From Puia sp. (GTDB lineage: Bacteria > Bacteroidota > Bacteroidia > Chitinophagales > Chitinophagaceae): DNA of 63,831 nt. Of this stretch, positions 58,022 through 63,831 are shown one piece after another. Position 1 is the first letter of the stretch. Each line of letters opens with the position of its first letter. Where the stretch lies: contig DASZYU010000210.1 in NCBI GenBank assembly GCA_035545215.1, positions 1-63,831 on the forward strand, read 5' to 3'. A program made the position numbers and the translations under genes. The notes beneath the pieces were generated by a model that saw nothing but the letters and a program-made list of their open reading frames with translations, was not told the DNA's origin and did not search any database.

Positions 58022-58849
58022 TCATTTTGCTTTTCTGAGATACACGGTCCCGAACGTCGTCTGCATCATGATCTCCGGGCCGCCGCCGTTGATCTTCCCA
58101 AAGACCCAGTCGTCGATCCTGATCTCGTGATAGTGCGCTTCGTTCTTTGTCTCGATCTTCGGCTGCGACTTATCGACATCGATATTGAAATCGGTATACA
58201 TCTCCCCGTGACCCGATTTGAGTTTCAGGTTGGCCTTGCTGTCCGCCGGAAGCGCGACGTCGACCTTGCCGTTCAGCGATGAGAACGCCATCGCAGCCCT
58301 GGGGTCAACCGACCGGAAGGTGACGACAACATCCCCGTTCACCGTGTTCGCGACGACCGACCCGGAGATGTCCTTTGCCGTTATACTTCCGTTGACATTC
58401 TCAAGTTCGATCTTCCCGCTGACGCCGCTGACGCTGATGTTCCCGCCATTGACTGTGCTGAGATCGATGATTTCGGCGTTTTGCGGGACTTTGATCAACA
58501 AGGCCGTGATCTTGTTTTGCTCGTCCCCGGTGTGGACTTCCACCTTATTGTCATGCTCTTCGGCACGTATGTCGAGTGCGCCTACCGTACCGATCCGCTT
58601 CATTCCCCGGGGTGCTTCGTCTTCGTCTCCGTCTTTTGACGAATCGATGAATACGCTGACGACGACGTCCTTTCCTTCGTATCCGACGACCGTGATGGAC
58701 CCGCTGACCAAACCCGCCTTCAGCGTTACCGGTTTGCCCGGATCGGTCAACGGCACGACCATTTCCGGGGAGTGCTGCGGCTGGGCCGACAAGCGGCTCA
58801 TCGTCATCGTCAATAGAAACAACCAGAGTGCTCTGTTTACTGCTTTCAT
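58022..58849 (-). CDS. Secreted DUF4097 beta-strand-repeat protein
   Basis: Signal peptide; repeated TVNG/NVNG/SLNG turns; GKINGGG. Confidence 0.87.
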   Translation of the reverse strand: MKAVNRALWLFLLTMTMSRLSAQPQHSPEMVVPLTDPGKPVTLKAGLVSGSITVVGYEGKDVVVSVFIDSSKDGDEDEAPRGMKRIGTVGALDIRAEEHDNKVEVHTGDEQNKITALLIKVPQNAEIIDLSTVNGGNISVSGVSGKIELENVNGSITAKDISGSVVANTVNGDVVVTFRSVDPRAAMAFSSLNGKVDVALPADSKANLKLKSGHGEMYTDFNIDVDKSQPKIETKNEAHYHEIRIDDWVFGKINGGGPEIMMQTTFGTVYLRKAK

Positions 58850-58852
58850 ATT

Positions 58853-59725
58853 TTATGCTTGTCTTTTAATGTAGATATTTCCATTCAGTGTTTCGAATTT
58901 GAATAATCTTCCGCCTTCACCGATACGGATCTGCTTGTCTACGGTGAGCCGGTATTCCGTGCCTGACCCGGTCTTCCGTGCATTTTTGGTCACTTTGACC
59001 GGCAGTACTTCCCATTTGGGAAAATCGGTATAAAAAGAACCGTTCATGCTCTTGAATTGCAGATCGGCGGACAAGCCCGGCGGGTAGGTGACCGACAACT
59101 TCCCGTTCAAGGTATAATATTCGGAATCCCCGGTCGGAACATTCAGATAGCTGACCGTCAGATCGCCGTTGATCGTGCGCGCCCACGTATCTCCCCTGGC
59201 GTCCCGGATGGTGATCTTCCCGTTGACGTTGTTGACCCGCAATGACCCCGACACCTCGTTGACCGTGACGTCTCCGTTGTTGACCGTAGATACATCGAGG
59301 CTCATGCTGTAGGGTACCTTGACCTTGAAGACCAATTCATAGTCGTAGTCGATCCTCCTGTCGTTCCAGCGCCCGTTGCAATTCCGGCATGGCCGTGAGT
59401 CGAAAGGCTCAGCAATATAGACGGTGATGCTGTCACTTGTTTGGTCGAATCCCAACCGAAATTCCTTTTTGCCGGTTTCCAGCGCCGAGGCATTGTCCGC
59501 CAACAGCCGTTCGTCGATCTCTACCAGCACCTTATCGCCGGAATAACCCTCGATATCCAGCGAGCCGTTGAGGTTATACAACGCAAGAACGCTCCCCGCC
59601 GCCTTTTGCAGCGTGAACTGCTTGCTGATATGTTGTTTGTACTCCTGCTTTTGCGCCCTGGCTTCTGACCGGAAAAAGCAGACGATTCCCAGACCCGCCA
59701 TCAGCGGGTAAAATAGTCTTTTCAT
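58853..59725 (-). CDS. Secreted DUF4097 beta-strand-repeat protein
   Basis: Signal peptide; repeated NLNG/NVNG/TING/TLNG/SMNG turns. Confidence 0.87.
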   Translation of the reverse strand: MKRLFYPLMAGLGIVCFFRSEARAQKQEYKQHISKQFTLQKAAGSVLALYNLNGSLDIEGYSGDKVLVEIDERLLADNASALETGKKEFRLGFDQTSDSITVYIAEPFDSRPCRNCNGRWNDRRIDYDYELVFKVKVPYSMSLDVSTVNNGDVTVNEVSGSLRVNNVNGKITIRDARGDTWARTINGDLTVSYLNVPTGDSEYYTLNGKLSVTYPPGLSADLQFKSMNGSFYTDFPKWEVLPVKVTKNARKTGSGTEYRLTVDKQIRIGEGGRLFKFETLNGNIYIKRQA

Positions 59726-59737
59726 ATAGTCTTGTTT

Positions 59738-60712
59738 TTATGTAAGTCCGTCGATGGTTTGCTCGATCCTGGCCCTCACCATCGTATTGAGCTCTTTCTG
59801 CTGAAGCAGTTTCTTAAACGGCGCGACCGCCCTTTTCTCCTGAAGCCTCAGCATCACATCCGCCAGCGCGGCCTGGACCAATGGCGACTGCTGCTGCAGG
59901 ATGGATTGCACCAACCCTTCGCGGATCCGCGGATCGCGCGCAAAATGCGTCAACGCTTCGAGCGTCGTCAACCGGACATTCACGTTCGGGTCATTGTTCA
60001 GCGTTGCAAGCAGTGCGGTTGCGATCTTCGGATCGACATGCCGGATATCACTGGTATAACTGACGGCCCTGATCCTTTCCGACGCGGCCGGATTCTGCAA
60101 AAGCGAAAGCATCATCATTTCGCGCATCTCGTGGACCTGAGCGGTCAGCGCTTGCAGCTGCCGGCTTTCTTCGCCCGGTCGCTGGTCGCGAACGGCGGTC
60201 GATCCAACGTTCCGGGCGGTTGGCGAGGACAAGCCGACGGTGGTTTTCATGGGCGCGGTAACAGACGTCGTCTTCGCGACTGCCGCCGGTCCGGCCACCG
60301 TTGCGGCTCCTACGTTTGCAGTAGCGCCCGTCCCTGAAGTCCTTCGCGGCCGGTCGACAAGCATTCCCAACGCGATGCCAACGAGCAGCAACAGCACGCC
60401 GAATGCCCCCGCCACCCAGGGCCGGTACCGGAACATTTGCCACAGCCCCGCCACGCCCGCCGTCGTTCTTCGCCATTTGCCTTCCTCCTCCTTATAGTTC
60501 CCGAGCATCGCGTTGAACCGGAGCTGCATTTCCCGGGAAGGCTCGGGCACGGGCATCAGACCCATCAGGGCCCATAGCTCACGGCTGCCTTCCATCTCCC
60601 GGCGGCAATCTTCGCAAGCCGAGAGTTGCGCTTCCAGGCTGGCCCTTTCGACGTCGGTCAACCGGTCATTCCACCAGCGCTCGAGCAATTCCTTATGATG
60701 TTGACATGACAT
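59738..60712 (-). CDS. Anti-sigma factor (ZAS-like N-terminus, one TM, HEAT-repeat C-terminus)
   Basis: CEDC, single TM helix, ASERIRAV, LNNDPNVNVRL..LEAL, SPLVQAAL; directly downstream of an ECF sigma gene. Confidence 0.87.
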   Translation of the reverse strand: MSCQHHKELLERWWNDRLTDVERASLEAQLSACEDCRREMEGSRELWALMGLMPVPEPSREMQLRFNAMLGNYKEEEGKWRRTTAGVAGLWQMFRYRPWVAGAFGVLLLLVGIALGMLVDRPRRTSGTGATANVGAATVAGPAAVAKTTSVTAPMKTTVGLSSPTARNVGSTAVRDQRPGEESRQLQALTAQVHEMREMMMLSLLQNPAASERIRAVSYTSDIRHVDPKIATALLATLNNDPNVNVRLTTLEALTHFARDPRIREGLVQSILQQQSPLVQAALADVMLRLQEKRAVAPFKKLLQQKELNTMVRARIEQTIDGLT

Positions 60713-60713
60713 A

Positions 60714-61274
60714 CTATTGTATTTCCGTTTGCTGTTCCAGGTAGAGCGCTTTCAGCTGATTGATCGCCCGGTAAATCCGCACTTTTACGGCCGCCACGCT
60801 GATATCGAGTATCCCCGCGATCTCCGAGCCCTTCAATTCCTGGAACCTGCTGAGCACCAGGATCTCCCGGCTCTGCGGACTCAGCGAAGCCATCGCTTTT
60901 TGAAGCGCGTGCACGGCCAGTCTCTTCTCCACCCGCTCGATCAACGGCATATCTGCCGCGAGCCGTTCCTCCCATTCCGAAATATCGACGACCGTTCCCG
61001 CCCGCCGCGCACCTTTATAGTGATCGCTCAATACATTCCTCGCAACATGATACATCCACGTCTTAAACTCTCCTTCGCCGGTGAATGTGTGCCGTGACCT
61101 GAGCAACCGGTAAAAGACCGTCTGCACCATATCCTCGCCGGACTCCCGTTGTCCGGTCATGCGGAATAGAAATCCGTACAGGGGTCGATGGTATCGCTGG
61201 AACAGCAAGGCCATCTTATCCAGATCCCCGGATTTGACTTTGAGCATGAGAGCATTGTCCGATAAAATATTCAA
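60714..61274 (-). CDS. ECF RNA polymerase sigma factor
   Basis: EDMVQTVF, FKTWMYHVARN, EIAGILDISVAAVKVRIYRA; TTG start. Confidence 0.95.
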   Translation of the reverse strand: MNILSDNALMLKVKSGDLDKMALLFQRYHRPLYGFLFRMTGQRESGEDMVQTVFYRLLRSRHTFTGEGEFKTWMYHVARNVLSDHYKGARRAGTVVDISEWEERLAADMPLIERVEKRLAVHALQKAMASLSPQSREILVLSRFQELKGSEIAGILDISVAAVKVRIYRAINQLKALYLEQQTEIQ

Positions 61275-61310
61275 GTCGCTCGATTGTTCGGTTGTCGTTG
61301 GTCAGATGGA

Positions 61311-61335
61311 AACCGCAAGGCCGTGAAAAGGTTAC
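61311..61335 (-). promoter_or_regulatory. Putative ECF-dependent autoregulatory promoter
   Basis: GTAAC-N15-CGGTT on the minus strand, ~37 nt upstream of the sigma start. Confidence 0.45.
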
Positions 61336-61402
61336 CTAAAACCCAAGATTTATTTTATCTCCGGCAAAAATTCTATCTTCCCTTGAAATAACGACTAACG
61401 CC

Positions 61403-63349
61403 ATGAGAACGCTCCTGATCGCACTGCTAGCCGCCACGATCGCGCAACCCGGTTTTTCACAGGCACCCGCCGGTCCCCTATCCCTGATACCCGAGCCTGT
61501 CAGCCAGCAGCTCACTCCTGGTCGATTCACGCTTCCCGCCTCGATAACGATCGAAGCGCCGAACGACGCCGCACTGGCGCATACCGTCGAAGACCTTCAG
61601 ACCAGGTTGAGCGTTCCGACAGGTTTTAACGTCACCGTCACCCACAAACATACGGCTTCGGCAACCATTCAACTGTTCCTTAACCGGACGGCCAATCCCA
61701 CGCTCGGGTCCGAAGGCTATACCCTTACCGCCACGCCGTCTTCGGTTACCATCAGCGCCAACAAGCCGGCGGGCATATTCTATGGCATCCAGACGTTTTA
61801 TCAGTTGCTCCCGAAAGAGATCGAAAGCCGGCTGCTGATCAGGAATGTGGACTGGTCGAGTCCCTGCATCACCATCACCGACTACCCCCGTTTCGGATGG
61901 CGCGGGCTCATGCTGGATGTCGCACGCCACTTCTTCACCAAACAGGAGGTGAAGGATTTCATCGACGAAATGGTCAGGTATAAATTCAATCTGCTGCACA
62001 TGCATCTCACCGATGACGAAGGCTGGCGGGTAGAGATCAAGGGTCTTCCCCGTCTCACCCAGGTAGGCGCGTGGAACGCGCGCAGGGTTGGGACATTCGG
62101 CACTTTCCCCGATCCCGCGCCCGATGAGCCGCGCGATTACGGCGGCTTTTATACTGCCGGCGATATCCGCGAGCTGGTGCAATATGCCAAAGACCACTTT
62201 GTCGATATCCTTCCGGAGGTAGATATCCCCGGTCACAGTCTTGCGGCCATCGTTTCTTATCCCGATCTCTCGTGTACCGAAGGCGCGGATAAATACCATG
62301 TCCGTTCCGGCGAAAAGATAATGAACTGGTACCGCGGCGGGTTCTCCGCGATCTACGACAATACGCTTTGTCCCGCCAACGAAAAGGTCTATCCCTTCCT
62401 CGATACCGTGTTTACAACGATCGCGGCGCTGTTCCCCTTCGGCTATATCCATGTCGGCGGCGACGAATGCGCGAAGAATTTCTGGGAAAAAAGCGACGCG
62501 ATCAAACGGCTCATGCAACGCGAGCACCTGAAAAATATGGAGGAGGTGCAAAGCTATTTCGAGAAACGCGTAGAAAAGATCGTCGAATCCAAAGGGAAAA
62601 AGGTCATCGGGTGGGACGAAATCCTCGAAGGCGGTCTGGCGCCAAACGCCGCCGTCATGAGCTGGCGCGGTATCAGCGGCGGCATCGCGGCCGCCAAAAT
62701 GGGACATTCCGTGGTCATGAGCCCGACCACCTTTTTCTACCTCGATTATATGCAGGGGGACGCCGCGATCGAGCCGCCCGTTTATGCCACGCTACGGCTG
62801 AAAACCACCTATTCGTACGAGCCCGTGCCCGACAGCGTCGATCCGAAATTCATTCTCGGCGGACAGGCCAATCTGTGGACCGAACAGGTGTACAATACCC
62901 GGCACATGCAGTACATGCTCTGGCCGCGCAGCATGGCCGTTGCCGAATGCCTCTGGTCGCCGAAAGAGAAAAAGAACTGGGACGATTTCGCCGCCAGGGT
63001 GGAGGCGGGTTTCGGCCGCCTGGACGTCGAACAGGTGAAATATTCCACCTCTATGTTCGATGCCATCATAACGCCCAAAAAGGACCTGAACGCCTATGAC
63101 TCGATCACGGTCGACCTTGCAACCGAAGTCAGTGGCCTGGACATCTATTACAGTTTTGACAATTCCAATCCCGATAATTTCTACCCGAAGTATACCGGCA
63201 CGCTATCGATCCCCCGCGATGCCTCCTGGCTCAAGGTAGTCACATACCGGAACGGACATCCCATCGGCCGCCAGATCAATGTGACCATCGGCGATCTGCA
63301 GCGACGCGCCGGTATCATGACCCCAAAACCAACGCCTGTTGCGGACTAG
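61403..63349 (+). CDS. GH20 beta-N-acetylhexosaminidase
   Basis: DYPRFGWRGLMLDVARHF, HLTDDEGWR, PEVDIPGH, catalytic HVGGDE, NLWTE; signal peptide. Confidence 0.96.
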   Translation: MRTLLIALLAATIAQPGFSQAPAGPLSLIPEPVSQQLTPGRFTLPASITIEAPNDAALAHTVEDLQTRLSVPTGFNVTVTHKHTASATIQLFLNRTANPTLGSEGYTLTATPSSVTISANKPAGIFYGIQTFYQLLPKEIESRLLIRNVDWSSPCITITDYPRFGWRGLMLDVARHFFTKQEVKDFIDEMVRYKFNLLHMHLTDDEGWRVEIKGLPRLTQVGAWNARRVGTFGTFPDPAPDEPRDYGGFYTAGDIRELVQYAKDHFVDILPEVDIPGHSLAAIVSYPDLSCTEGADKYHVRSGEKIMNWYRGGFSAIYDNTLCPANEKVYPFLDTVFTTIAALFPFGYIHVGGDECAKNFWEKSDAIKRLMQREHLKNMEEVQSYFEKRVEKIVESKGKKVIGWDEILEGGLAPNAAVMSWRGISGGIAAAKMGHSVVMSPTTFFYLDYMQGDAAIEPPVYATLRLKTTYSYEPVPDSVDPKFILGGQANLWTEQVYNTRHMQYMLWPRSMAVAECLWSPKEKKNWDDFAARVEAGFGRLDVEQVKYSTSMFDAIITPKKDLNAYDSITVDLATEVSGLDIYYSFDNSNPDNFYPKYTGTLSIPRDASWLKVVTYRNGHPIGRQINVTIGDLQRRAGIMTPKPTPVAD

Positions 63350-63831
63350 TTTTTTGTAGCCAGGCTGTACCAGGGGATGCCCAGTCTGCCGGGATAAAGA
63401 AGGATATAGACGCTGTCGTTCGTGTTGACCGCATTGTACATGGCCCGGCTTACGTCTACCTCGTTTTCCCCGGTGTATTTCGCCCAGGGCGTCACTTCGA
63501 GGTAATAGGAAGTCGATTTGCTGCCGCTGCTGATGCGTTTATTCATCACCTGCACCTGCCAAACCCGTGCATTCGAACCGTCGTATTCGCAATTGGCGAA
63601 AAGCAGCGCCGCGTACCAATAAGCAACCGCCAGCACAGGGATACATGCCCGGATAAGGACCTTACTCTTCTCGGAGGCGATGGTCTCGCGGAAGAGCCCG
63701 AAGGCGAGCATCGTCAACACAAGGGCCCCGACAACCAGCTGCTGCCACGCGGAAGGCGGAAAACCATAAAGATCGTATCTGCGCAGGACGATGAGGATGG
63801 CGCCGAAAACCGGAAAAATCATCAGCACCGC
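63346..63831 (-). CDS. Hypothetical membrane protein, C-terminal part (5' end outside the window)
   Basis: Open frame to the window edge; three hydrophobic segments followed by a small beta-rich domain ending GRLGIPWY. Confidence 0.7.
   Translation of the reverse strand, partial: AVLMIFPVFGAILIVLRRYDLYGFPPSAWQQLVVGALVLTMLAFGLFRETIASEKSKVLIRACIPVLAVAYWYAALLFANCEYDGSNARVWQVQVMNKRISSGSKSTSYYLEVTPWAKYTGENEVDVSRAMYNAVNTNDSVYILLYPGRLGIPWYSLATKN

Noticed and set aside
55031-63831. Intact integrative element at tRNA-Phe
   Set aside because: No integrase and no attR copy of the tRNA 3' end seen within the window.

Overview
A GC-rich core-chromosome region of a Bacteroidota bacterium, most likely Chitinophagaceae. 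This is inferred from the gene families, TAnnTTTG-type promoters, A-rich starts lacking Shine-Dalgarno sites, and Gln at +1 of many signal peptides. The left end carries a complete alternative complex III operon (actA-F) fused to cytochrome c oxidase genes (subunit II, and the start of subunit I). The middle is mostly housekeeping and envelope genes: purN, pirin, fused 2-oxoacid dehydrogenase E1, an M16 peptidase pair, an aspartyl protease-PDZ, mqnC, an orphan hybrid histidine kinase, an outer-membrane barrel, SWIM-SNF2, rho, asnS, padR-pspC, gcvT, feoB, kdsD and recQ. The right end has tRNA-Phe, a small decayed accessory patch (a frameshifted Fic fragment and a non-canonical Fic gene), an ECF sigma/HEAT anti-sigma/2x DUF4097 operon and a GH20 hexosaminidase. 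I see no CRISPR array, integrase, IS or prophage, and I cannot show a clearly new multi-gene system. The best leads are: an unannotated ~70-nt sRNA candidate at ~13050-13122 whose pre-terminator motif recurs in the pspC 3' UTR; the adjacent uncharacterised Tudor-like protein with a 24-bp tandem repeat in its promoter; a PadR operator on its own promoter; a 55-aa unannotated ORF; and several proteins with degenerate catalytic or metal-binding motifs. All family assignments come from motif recognition, not database searches.
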